IMG/VR virus record: IMGVR_UViG_3300036778_000065
Coordinates: 1 to 43,559 of that record
DNA: 43,559 nucleotides
Source: a virus
Taxonomy: Duplodnaviria > Caudoviricetes
Reading direction: 5' to 3' (one strand)
In this document: positions 8,962-17,542 of the stretch, in pieces
Position numbering within the stretch: the first letter of the stretch is position 1
Layout of the letters: each line of letters opens with the position of its first letter
Notes under the pieces: generated by a model
What the model saw: only the letters and a program-made list of their open reading frames with translations
What the model was told of the DNA's origin: nothing
Database searches by the model: none
Made by a program: the position numbers and the translations under genes

Positions 8962-11082
8962 ATGGCCACCGCTGCGTTAGTTGCGGAGAGCAGTTGGTCT
9001 CAGCCCGTTCATGGGCGAGACGTAACCACCCCTGCTGACCCCGCGATTCCAGCGAAATACACCGATCAGGCAGTCCTCTCCATCGTCGTGCAGGACTACC
9101 TCCGCGCCAGCGCATGGCTGAATGATCGACGTTGGCCGCTCAACTGGAATGAGACGGATGTCCTCTACCAATCGCCGCGAACGCTATCGACGTTTGAAGG
9201 ATCGAGCGTCACCCGCGCAAACGTCTCAAGGTTCTCCGTAGCGAAACAAGTTAACTCGCTGGCTCCAGCAATTTCGGGAGCCATTTTTTCTGACCCGACC
9301 CCGTTTGAAATCCGGCCCCGGCCCAACACACAGCAGGACACAGTACGAGCGTGGAAAGAGCTAGTCACCGAACTGCTGGACGAGATTCATTTCAAGCAGG
9401 AGTTGAGCTACGGGATTCAGGGGATGGTCAATCAGGGGACGGTCATCTTCAAAGTGGGATGGGAGACCGAGACCAAGGTTGAGACGCACTACTACCGCAA
9501 GAAAGCCCCGCCGCAAGTGGACATGCCGCTAGGTAATAAAATTACCATCTTCACCGAAGAGTCCGACGAGTTTGAAGCCGTTGACGTGGAGGTTACGCAC
9601 AACCGGCCCGTCTTTGAAAAAGTGAACCTGGGTGAAGTCTTCATAGACCCGAAGTGGGCAGCACCGAACCAGCTTTGGAAGGCGAAGTGGATTGTCCATG
9701 AGAAGTACCTCACCTATGACGACCTCACCAGCCTCCGCGAAAACCCCGACTACGACATCCCGCCCGACGACGTTCTCCGCGCCATGTTCATGCCGGAGAC
9801 CGAGGAGCAGACCGAAGGCATCGAGGCGACCGAGCGCAGCCTAGGCGCGAACCTCAGCATCCACCACGCCGCCTACCGCGACGAGAACTACAGCGAAGAC
9901 CCGCTATTGAAGCCCATGCAGGCACTCGAATGGTGGAACAAGACAGATTGCCGTGTGGTGCTGCAACAGAAATGCGTGATCCGCAACGGCAAACACAAGC
10001 TACCCGAAAAGCCGTTTCTCTCCGCCAACTACTGGGACATGGACAACGCGGGATATGGCATGGGAGTTGGCCGCATCGCCGGGGCAGACCAAAGGGTGGA
10101 GGCAGGGGTACTTAATTCGCTATTAGATATTTTGGCCTTCGCGGTGCAGCCGGAGTATGCCGTGGCGCGTGGAGCGAACGTCCCCACCCAGGATCAAAGG
10201 CGACGACTGGGAGGCATCCGCATGGTGGACGGCAATGACGCCACCAAAGCCATCGCGCTCGTCCCGCAACCGCAGCTCCCGCCCGATGGCTGGAGAGCGA
10301 TTCAAGCCGTCGTCTCATCGAGCGAAGGCGCGACCGGAGCCGACCAAGCCAGCGTCCAAGGCAGTGTGCCGGGACGAGGATCGAGCATCGTCCGCAGCGG
10401 CACCGGAGCCGGATTGGTAGGCCAAGCGTCCAACACCCGTCTGCAATCACCTGTAGACCGCGTGATCGACGGTGTGTTCCTTCCCTTCCTGGCCTTCGTC
10501 TATCACATGGTCAAAGAGCGGATGCCGATATCGGAGATTCGCGATGTGCTTGCCGACCGCACCAAAGACCTCGTTGTTGACTTCCAAGACTTCATGGAGT
10601 CATCGGTTAAGTTCGACACCCTCGCCGGAACCCGTCTCGCCGCACGTAACAAGATGGCCCAGGCACTTCCCTTCCTGCTGGAAGTCTTCGGCAACCAAGC
10701 TTTGGTGCAGCAGCTTTCACAGGTTGGCTACAAAGTCAACGCGCTCGAACTCGTGAAGATGATCCTCGACATGAGCGAGTGGAAGAACCAGAACGACCTT
10801 GTTGTTCCGATGACCGATCAGGAGAAGGCGACGATGATGCAGCAGAACCCCGCCGCCATCAAAGCCCAGGCATCCTCCGCCGAGCTGCAACAGAAGCACC
10901 AGAACGACATGGATTTAGAGGACAAAAAAATAGCTGGCAGAATTGCGACCAAGACTATTGCAACCACGCATCAGGCCGCCGTAGAGTCGCCAATAGACAG
11001 AGCCGCCGCCTTCGCAGAAAGAACCGCTGATGAGCGCCAGATGCAAGCCAGCCAGTTCTATGCGCCAGTAGGAGGCGGATGA
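8962..11082 (+). CDS. Portal protein (podovirus/P22-like size)
   Basis: 706 aa after terL; GTVIFKVGWE, VFIDP, GYGMGVG motifs; helical Gln-rich C-terminus. Confidence 0.8.
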   Translation: MATAALVAESSWSQPVHGRDVTTPADPAIPAKYTDQAVLSIVVQDYLRASAWLNDRRWPLNWNETDVLYQSPRTLSTFEGSSVTRANVSRFSVAKQVNSLAPAISGAIFSDPTPFEIRPRPNTQQDTVRAWKELVTELLDEIHFKQELSYGIQGMVNQGTVIFKVGWETETKVETHYYRKKAPPQVDMPLGNKITIFTEESDEFEAVDVEVTHNRPVFEKVNLGEVFIDPKWAAPNQLWKAKWIVHEKYLTYDDLTSLRENPDYDIPPDDVLRAMFMPETEEQTEGIEATERSLGANLSIHHAAYRDENYSEDPLLKPMQALEWWNKTDCRVVLQQKCVIRNGKHKLPEKPFLSANYWDMDNAGYGMGVGRIAGADQRVEAGVLNSLLDILAFAVQPEYAVARGANVPTQDQRRRLGGIRMVDGNDATKAIALVPQPQLPPDGWRAIQAVVSSSEGATGADQASVQGSVPGRGSSIVRSGTGAGLVGQASNTRLQSPVDRVIDGVFLPFLAFVYHMVKERMPISEIRDVLADRTKDLVVDFQDFMESSVKFDTLAGTRLAARNKMAQALPFLLEVFGNQALVQQLSQVGYKVNALELVKMILDMSEWKNQNDLVVPMTDQEKATMMQQNPAAIKAQASSAELQQKHQNDMDLEDKKIAGRIATKTIATTHQAAVESPIDRAAAFAERTADERQMQASQFYAPVGGG

Positions 11083-11465
11083 TGCCCATACCCGAAAGAT
11101 TCGTTGCGATCATGCCCCGTCACCAGCGTCTTCTGCTGGCTCTGTGGGAGCAGCGCAAGTATGACCCTTTTGGCGGGATTGGATGGCGCGGCCTGATGGA
11201 TGAGGACGAGCAATTCACTCCCGAACAACTGTACTCGCCACTGCTGGAGCGCGGCCTGGTCGAAGACTGTCGCGAAGCGCACCAGAGCGAGAACGGCAAA
11301 TACTTCGTCCGCATCACGCCCCTTGGAATCGCGTGTATGAGCGTGGGCTATATGCTCCGCGATCCGCGACCGATGAGCGGAGGCGAGATGAAGATGATCG
11401 TCGCCGCGAAGGACGAGCACGACGCCGCGACCGGACAGGCACAGCCAGCGGAGGCGCACCAATGA
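11079..11465 (+). CDS. Hypothetical protein (possible winged helix)
   Basis: LLERGLVE...YFVRITPLG; ATGA coupling to portal. Confidence 0.6.
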   Translation: MMPIPERFVAIMPRHQRLLLALWEQRKYDPFGGIGWRGLMDEDEQFTPEQLYSPLLERGLVEDCREAHQSENGKYFVRITPLGIACMSVGYMLRDPRPMSGGEMKMIVAAKDEHDAATGQAQPAEAHQ

Positions 11466-11872
11466 TTGAAGGCCAGAACATGAGCGACATCCTTCGCAGC
11501 GAACGAAGCTTCGGTGTGACCTCAGAGCTAAAGCCGACGCAACGCCGCAACCTTCTTAACCTCCAACGCAGCGAAGTCTACCCCGACCTCCTTGACGTTC
11601 TCGAAATGTGCTGCATTGAAACGGAGACCAGACTCATCAACACCGACGCCGCCGACGAAGCCGCCGTACTCGCGAATCACAAGATGGCAAAGGCCGCGTG
11701 GCAAATCTTCACCCACATGCAGGAAAAGATCGACTCTGAAACAAAACTCTACCTAGCGTCTGTAGCGCCCAAACCCCCCGTACCGGAGATGTCCGAAGAG
11801 GAGAAGAGGATCGAGAACATTCTTGACCCCACCCGATTCACCGACATCGAGGACAGCTACGCGGGAATTTAA
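11462..11872 (+). CDS. Hypothetical head-region protein
   Basis: GGAGG RBS, ATGA coupling; lies between portal and scaffold. Confidence 0.65.
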   Translation: MIEGQNMSDILRSERSFGVTSELKPTQRRNLLNLQRSEVYPDLLDVLEMCCIETETRLINTDAADEAAVLANHKMAKAAWQIFTHMQEKIDSETKLYLASVAPKPPVPEMSEEEKRIENILDPTRFTDIEDSYAGI

Positions 11873-11883
11873 GGAGAACGGTA

Positions 11884-12708
11884 ATGGAAGTCGAATGGAT
11901 CAACGACGATGAAAAGGGTCTGGACGAAGACGGTAACTACGTCGCGATTATAAAAAACGCGAATGGTGCCCGTGTCTCCACATTCAAAGGAAAGACCTAC
12001 AAACAGGTCGCAGACCAAGCTCTGCAATCGCAGGTACACGCCAACCGGGAGATAAGCCGTTTGCGAAAACCGGACGCCGCCCGTCCACCGCTGAGAGTGG
12101 AACCCAAGCAACTCACCCCCCAAGACCGCCTAAGACTGTCAAGTGATATTACCGATCCTGACAAAGTGGTTGAAGCCGTGGATGAGATTGTGACGGCGCG
12201 GCAAGGGATGACCCCCTCTACGGTGGGAAAGAAATTCTCCGAGATGGATAATGCCGAACGCGATGAGTATTACGGCAACGAGGCGAAAGCCTTCCGTCTG
12301 GATCACCCCGACTACTACCCCGTCCCGCAAAACCGTGAAGCTCTCTTTGAGGAGCTGAAGGCGCAGGGATGGGACTTCACTCGCAACAATCTTGGCATCG
12401 TTTTCCAAACGCTGAAAGAGAGGGATGAAATGGTCCCCTGGCCCGAAGGCGAACAAGACTTAGACACCCGCAACAACACCCGTACCACCCCGATCACCAA
12501 CGGACAGGCAACCGCGCCAACCGCGCCCTCTCCCAGACCTCGCAGTGTATCGACGGGACTCCGAAGCACCGACGCCAGCGCGTCCGCTCCGCCCCCGCCG
12601 ACAAAGAAGAAGTACACACGCGCCGATATCGAGAGGATGCCAAGAGCCGAGTACAACGACCGAATCCGTTCAGACCCGGAATTTCGCAGACAGGTAGATG
12701 CTCTATGA
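11884..12708 (+). CDS. Capsid scaffolding protein (putative)
   Basis: TAAGGAG RBS; charged helical protein with Pro/Thr linker and C-terminal YTRADIERMPRAEY helix, directly before the capsid gene. Confidence 0.65.
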   Translation: MEVEWINDDEKGLDEDGNYVAIIKNANGARVSTFKGKTYKQVADQALQSQVHANREISRLRKPDAARPPLRVEPKQLTPQDRLRLSSDITDPDKVVEAVDEIVTARQGMTPSTVGKKFSEMDNAERDEYYGNEAKAFRLDHPDYYPVPQNREALFEELKAQGWDFTRNNLGIVFQTLKERDEMVPWPEGEQDLDTRNNTRTTPITNGQATAPTAPSPRPRSVSTGLRSTDASASAPPPPTKKKYTRADIERMPRAEYNDRIRSDPEFRRQVDAL

Positions 12709-12737
12709 GCGCGTGACTCCCCCACGAGGGTAAAGCC

Positions 12738-13898
12738 ATGCGTACCGATTCCACAGCCGCACAGCGCGGCAGAACGTTCTTTACGAAGTACCTCATCCCG
12801 GTTATCGAGTTCATCTGCGCGTTAGGCTCCGCCGCAGTCGTCTACACCGGGAACGTGGGCAGAGTACACGCCCTTGTGCTGGGAGTTGGAGTCAGCCCAG
12901 CGTCGAACCTTACCACCAATCTTCCGCAATCCACGGTCACATCGTTCGACAAGGTTTTTGTAGAGAACCTTAAGGGCGAGACGCCGTGGGTTCGGTGTTC
13001 ATCGCGCCGGACGCTCGATGAGAACAGCGGAAATAAATTGGTGCTTTTCATGTACCAAAATTTGCCGGCCCCGCCCATCACCCAGGCACCGGAAGGCACG
13101 ATCCAGACCGGCCTCACCGTTTCGGTCGTGCAGAACACGTCCACCATCGGCAACTATGCCGACTACGCGAACATCTCCACCTTCGCGCTTCAGACCGCGA
13201 TTGACCCCGCGCTCGAAGCCCTTGGTGTGCAGATGGCCTACCGTCTCGCGCAGGTCATCAACACCATCCTCCAGAGTGAAGCCGATGGAGCCAACGCCGT
13301 CGATCCGCTGGTCGGTCATCTCTCGAAGACCGGATCAGCCGTCGTCACAACCGTTGACATCACCGCAGCCGCGCAGTCACTCGCCGGAGTCAATGCCCTG
13401 CCCTTCCAGGATGGCTATTACACCGGAGTCATTCACCCGTTCACGGTTGGCGACGTGCTCACCGACAAGACCAACAACTCGCTTGTGGATGTGGTGAAGC
13501 GCACCGCTGAAGGCGCGGAGAAGTTGAAAGAGCTTCCCGCACCGGACGGCGACAACGTGACGATCATCGAGTGGGGAGGCGTCCGCTTCCACCAGTCAAC
13601 GTTCGTCAAGCAGACACCCAACTACGACGCCGGAACCCTCACCGCGCTGCGAACCTATGTGATCGGAAAAGATGGCCTCATTGGAATCTCTTTTGGCGCA
13701 AAGGAAAACACGCAGATTGGGGAAGGCGACTGGAGAAATTTGAACGTCTGGGTGAAGAGGTTAACAGAGCCGAGCGGTTATGATCCCAGTCGGATGATTG
13801 GCGGGTTCGCTTCTTATAATTCTATGTTCACTGCGACTCTCCCCCCAGACCCAGTGCAGCGCATTCGGTACATCGACGCAGTTAGCGCAATCAGCTAA
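12738..13898 (+). CDS. Major capsid protein (HK97 fold, N4-gp56-like)
   Basis: 386 aa after scaffold; LDENSGNK, EGT, YADY, YTGVIHP, GGVRFHQS motifs. Confidence 0.8.
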   Translation: MRTDSTAAQRGRTFFTKYLIPVIEFICALGSAAVVYTGNVGRVHALVLGVGVSPASNLTTNLPQSTVTSFDKVFVENLKGETPWVRCSSRRTLDENSGNKLVLFMYQNLPAPPITQAPEGTIQTGLTVSVVQNTSTIGNYADYANISTFALQTAIDPALEALGVQMAYRLAQVINTILQSEADGANAVDPLVGHLSKTGSAVVTTVDITAAAQSLAGVNALPFQDGYYTGVIHPFTVGDVLTDKTNNSLVDVVKRTAEGAEKLKELPAPDGDNVTIIEWGGVRFHQSTFVKQTPNYDAGTLTALRTYVIGKDGLIGISFGAKENTQIGEGDWRNLNVWVKRLTEPSGYDPSRMIGGFASYNSMFTATLPPDPVQRIRYIDAVSAIS

Positions 13899-13909
13899 CC
13901 GCGAGGGCT

Positions 13910-13985
13910 TCGTCACGCCATCCACCCAAGGGAGGGCCGATGCCGTGACGAGTGGACAGGAGGGGTTGGCCAACCCCTCCTCCAC
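13910..13985 (+). promoter_or_regulatory. Two stem-loops downstream of the capsid gene
   Basis: TCGTCACG(13910)/CGTGACGA(13944) stem; perfect 22-bp palindrome GGAGGGGTTGGCCAACCCCTCC at 13959-13980. Confidence 0.55.
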
Positions 13986-14004
13986 CCAACACCGAAGAGG
14001 AAGG

Positions 14005-14690
14005 TTATGAAGTCATATCAAATAGCGTCGCAGCCAACTGAAGGACTCCTGCAACGGACGGATTGTGCGACTGAATACGTTCTACATGCGCGAAAAACTC
14101 ATCGAGAGTCCCGTCATTCTTTAGCAGATTACATTCACCGCAGCAGGGCACAACATTGCCGTGAACATAACCTTTGCTCGAATCGACACGATCCAGGCCG
14201 GAGTAACGAATCTCCATACCCGGAACACGCGAAAGTTGACCTTTGGTTCTGTATTTCACATAGAACACATTCGATGGCTCTTTGCCGCAGTAGGTACACG
14301 GCATCTTCGACACCACTTTTAATTGGGGGAGTGTGAGATGAAATGAAATTCCTTCCCGCGATGGCTCATCGAATTATGAAAACTGTTCCAGATGCACTCA
14401 ATGTTTCGTGCGGGAAGCCACGTAGGTCTTGCTCTGCACTTGAGACAAGAGGTACTGATGCCGTTGCGGAGAGCACGATAAGTCACAACCCGTTCGACCC
14501 CGCACTGACAACGAACCAAACAGGCGCGGTCGGTATATTTTTTAGAACTAACGTACCAATCATTTTCGAGCACAACCCATTTCCCAAACTGCTTCCCTAT
14601 GGGAACTGGTGGATATTTCAAAAAGTTCACTTGCAGGTTGTTAGTATCAGAACGGCGGTACACGCCTACCTGTGCAGACAGGTTTTTCAT
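14005..14690 (-). pseudogene. Free-standing HNH homing endonuclease split by a frameshift
   Basis: N-half IGKQFGKWVVL..CQCG..STSC, C-half PCTYCG..GLDRVDSSKGYVHGNVVPCCGECN; ATGAA duplicated at 14338-14347 separates the frames; AT-richer than flanks. Confidence 0.8.
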
Positions 14691-14754
14691 TTAGCCCTCC
14701 ACGGCTGATTGGAATGTGTACCGCCTATTTTATTGCACCAAAGGAGAAAACACC

Positions 14755-15222
14755 ATGCCGACCGACAGAACCAAAGTTACCGAGGAGCTGGAGAACCTCC
14801 AGCTTGAAGAGGCACGAGCACAAGCCGTAGACCGCCGCAACAAGCGCACCGAGAAGGACGGACGCCTGAAGGCCATCGAGTCTTCGCTCCGCGCCAACAA
14901 TGCGCGGCGGAAGGACATCGAGAGCCGATGCGCCCACCGCAAAGGAGGCAAGGGGGTTGCGATGCTCTTCCAGGGCAACGACTCCAATTACGCCGTCGTC
15001 AAGCACACGCTGTCCCACGGCCCCACCATCGTCATCTGTCAGCGATGCCCGAAGGTGTGGGAGCCGCCGCCGCGCCACCTGATAGCGAAAGGCGCGACCG
15101 CCGAGGACCGCGCCGAGTACAAGCGTCTCGCCCAGGAGTACCAGTGGGCTTTGAACCTGCCCACCGACAACGAACCAAGCGGCACCGTTCTCTTCGCGTT
15201 CCATCAACCGGATGCAGCGTGA
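14755..15222 (+). CDS. Hypothetical protein (CxH...CxxC)
   Basis: AAAGGAG RBS before ATG 14755. Confidence 0.7.
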   Translation: MPTDRTKVTEELENLQLEEARAQAVDRRNKRTEKDGRLKAIESSLRANNARRKDIESRCAHRKGGKGVAMLFQGNDSNYAVVKHTLSHGPTIVICQRCPKVWEPPPRHLIAKGATAEDRAEYKRLAQEYQWALNLPTDNEPSGTVLFAFHQPDAA

Positions 15223-15827
15223 TGGCCACGAAGAAAAAGCCGCAGAAGAAACCACCGCCGCGACACAGTGACGGCCCCACCGCCGCACGAATGCGTCAGG
15301 CCACCAAACCCGCACCACCACCACCGCCGAAGGAGAAGAAAGCCATGACAACCAACACCGAACAAGACCGAATGGGGACGGGACGGGCGACCGGCAGAGC
15401 GGACGCACCCAACCCCACACAGACGCGACCGAGGGACAACTCGCCGCGTGGAGCCGGATCAGGCGAAGAAGCTGTCAGGCTCCGGCAGATGACGAGCGCA
15501 CCGGTACCGCAGATTTCGCACCGGGAGCGCGTGGCTCAACTCCTCGACCAAGCCGACCAGAACGAAGCGGACAACCTTGCAGCCAATGAAAAACAGGTGG
15601 AAGCCGCGAACAAATTCCAGTCCTTCCAGGACGAGAGGGATGCCGAACGAGCGACCGCAACCGCAGAGTCCGCACCCGAAGTACCCAACCCCCGCGACCC
15701 CGCCGTGATGAAAGCGCAGAAGGCATTTCGCGAAGCGCAGTTCAGCGGCAAGACCGTGGGCGACATGGAACCCGGCAACAACCGCCGAGTGCAGGGCACA
15801 CCAGCACAGGCGACGGTTGACCAGTAG
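15222..15827 (+). CDS. Low-complexity hypothetical protein
   Basis: TGATG coupling; alternative start at 15346. Confidence 0.6.
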   Translation: MATKKKPQKKPPPRHSDGPTAARMRQATKPAPPPPPKEKKAMTTNTEQDRMGTGRATGRADAPNPTQTRPRDNSPRGAGSGEEAVRLRQMTSAPVPQISHRERVAQLLDQADQNEADNLAANEKQVEAANKFQSFQDERDAERATATAESAPEVPNPRDPAVMKAQKAFREAQFSGKTVGDMEPGNNRRVQGTPAQATVDQ

Positions 15828-15836
15828 GAGTGAGCC

Positions 15837-16817
15837 GTGGGAAACAGTTCGATCACACTTCAATCCGTGATGGATGGGGTCTCCTCGATTGGAGACCTCA
15901 ATCCTGTCTTCAACGAGACGGGCGGATGGGCCGACGAACCCGCGCTGACCATCGGCAACGACGTGATGATGGAACTCATCGGCACACGGTTTCCGTGGAA
16001 GTGGAATCGAATTAAAATCCCGCCCTTCCCCCTGAACCCCTACCAGCAGGACTACGCATCAATGGTCGCGGGAGTCGGCTGGCTGGAGAACGGCCTCCGC
16101 ATCGACATCAACAACTCGCAGTATCCGCCCCCCACATGGCCTATCTACGCCGTCCGTGACCTTCCGATGGAGAACATCATGGGAGGGTTTCCGTATCAGG
16201 TGTGTTGGTTCAACAACTGCGACCTTGAGCAAGGCGCATGGCCAGGGCCAGAGGTTAAGTACACGCAGCCGATTGGAGCCACGACGCCGCCGGAAAACCC
16301 GGCGACCGACATCCTTGACGCCAACGGCAACATCCTCGTGCTATCGAAGTACGGCACCACCGGACTCACGCCGCCCGTCGCCGCGACGCCGGTTGTCTAC
16401 GGTGCAGTGATCGAGGACGGAACCTGCGAGTGGATAGCGGTTGACCCGAACAAACAGGGCTTCCGCTTTCGTCCGATGCCGCCGCAAGGTGGACAGGTAT
16501 GGCTCATCCGACTCTTCGGACAGAAGGTTGCACCGCTGTTTACCAAGATGCAGCAGTTCATCGACCCGATTCCGGACGATCAATCGAAGTGGTTCCGCGA
16601 TGGGTGCGTGGCCTATGCCCACCGCTATAGCTCCAACCCCGCCGTGAAATCGCGTTATCTCCCGATGCGCTCCGAGTGGATTGCCGCGATGGACGCGCAG
16701 ACCAAACAGAACGACCGCGAAGACGAAGCCAAAGGATTCTTCCCCGACCGCAACATCATGGCCCCAAGTTATGTAACCGACCCAGGCCCATATCCCTATC
16801 GCTACGGATGGAGATAA
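15837..16817 (+). CDS. Putative head-tail adaptor, paralog 1
   Basis: AGGAG RBS; FPWKWNR...QQDY...GWLE pattern; position before nozzle-type gene. Confidence 0.6.
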   Translation: MGNSSITLQSVMDGVSSIGDLNPVFNETGGWADEPALTIGNDVMMELIGTRFPWKWNRIKIPPFPLNPYQQDYASMVAGVGWLENGLRIDINNSQYPPPTWPIYAVRDLPMENIMGGFPYQVCWFNNCDLEQGAWPGPEVKYTQPIGATTPPENPATDILDANGNILVLSKYGTTGLTPPVAATPVVYGAVIEDGTCEWIAVDPNKQGFRFRPMPPQGGQVWLIRLFGQKVAPLFTKMQQFIDPIPDDQSKWFRDGCVAYAHRYSSNPAVKSRYLPMRSEWIAAMDAQTKQNDREDEAKGFFPDRNIMAPSYVTDPGPYPYRYGWR

Positions 16818-16819
16818 CC

Positions 16820-17542
16820 ATGAGCGTGACGCGGAACCTTCAATCGAGTGCGCTGTTTTCGATGCCGTTTATCGACTACCAGCCCGTCAATATCTCGAAC
16901 GGAGAACCCGCCGTGACTGCGGCCAACATCACCCGGCAAACGATGATGGGGCCACCGTTCAAATGGCCGTGGAACCGCGACAGCTTCCAGATTGAGCTTG
17001 ACGCAACCATGACTTCATGGCTGCAAGACTACGAACTCCTCCTGCCCACCTTCGGCTTTCTCGAAAAGCTTTGGCTCACCGATCCGACCGGCAAGGTGAA
17101 CGAGATAACCAATATCGCCCAGAGCCTCGCGGAAGAGAGCGCGATCAAACGGCCTTCGAGCGCAGCAATGCAGACGATGGATGAAGACGGCTACGTTGTG
17201 CTCAGGCTCAATACCCTGCCCGACGTGGCCTACACCATCGACGGAGTGTTCCAACGCGCCCCGAAGATCATGACTTCGATGGCAAGTACGTGGAACCCGA
17301 TTCCCGATCATCTCAGTTTTATCTACGATTGGGGGTTTCTGGGATTCATCTCGTTACTAACCAAAGATGCACGCGCACCGATTTTTTTGGGCAAGTTCAC
17401 CAGCCACCTACTCGGAGCGCAGGACGGATTGACCGCGCTCCAGCGCAACATATTTCTCGGAAATTTTCTTGAAGTCATAAACCAGCAGGGCCGCGAACAA
17501 CTCGCCACACAGCAAGGCGCACAGGCCAGGGGGAACTCCTGA
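16820..17542 (+). CDS. Putative head-tail adaptor, paralog 2
   Basis: GGAG RBS; FKWPWNR...LQDY...GFLE matches the preceding protein. Confidence 0.6.
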   Translation: MSVTRNLQSSALFSMPFIDYQPVNISNGEPAVTAANITRQTMMGPPFKWPWNRDSFQIELDATMTSWLQDYELLLPTFGFLEKLWLTDPTGKVNEITNIAQSLAEESAIKRPSSAAMQTMDEDGYVVLRLNTLPDVAYTIDGVFQRAPKIMTSMASTWNPIPDHLSFIYDWGFLGFISLLTKDARAPIFLGKFTSHLLGAQDGLTALQRNIFLGNFLEVINQQGREQLATQQGAQARGNS

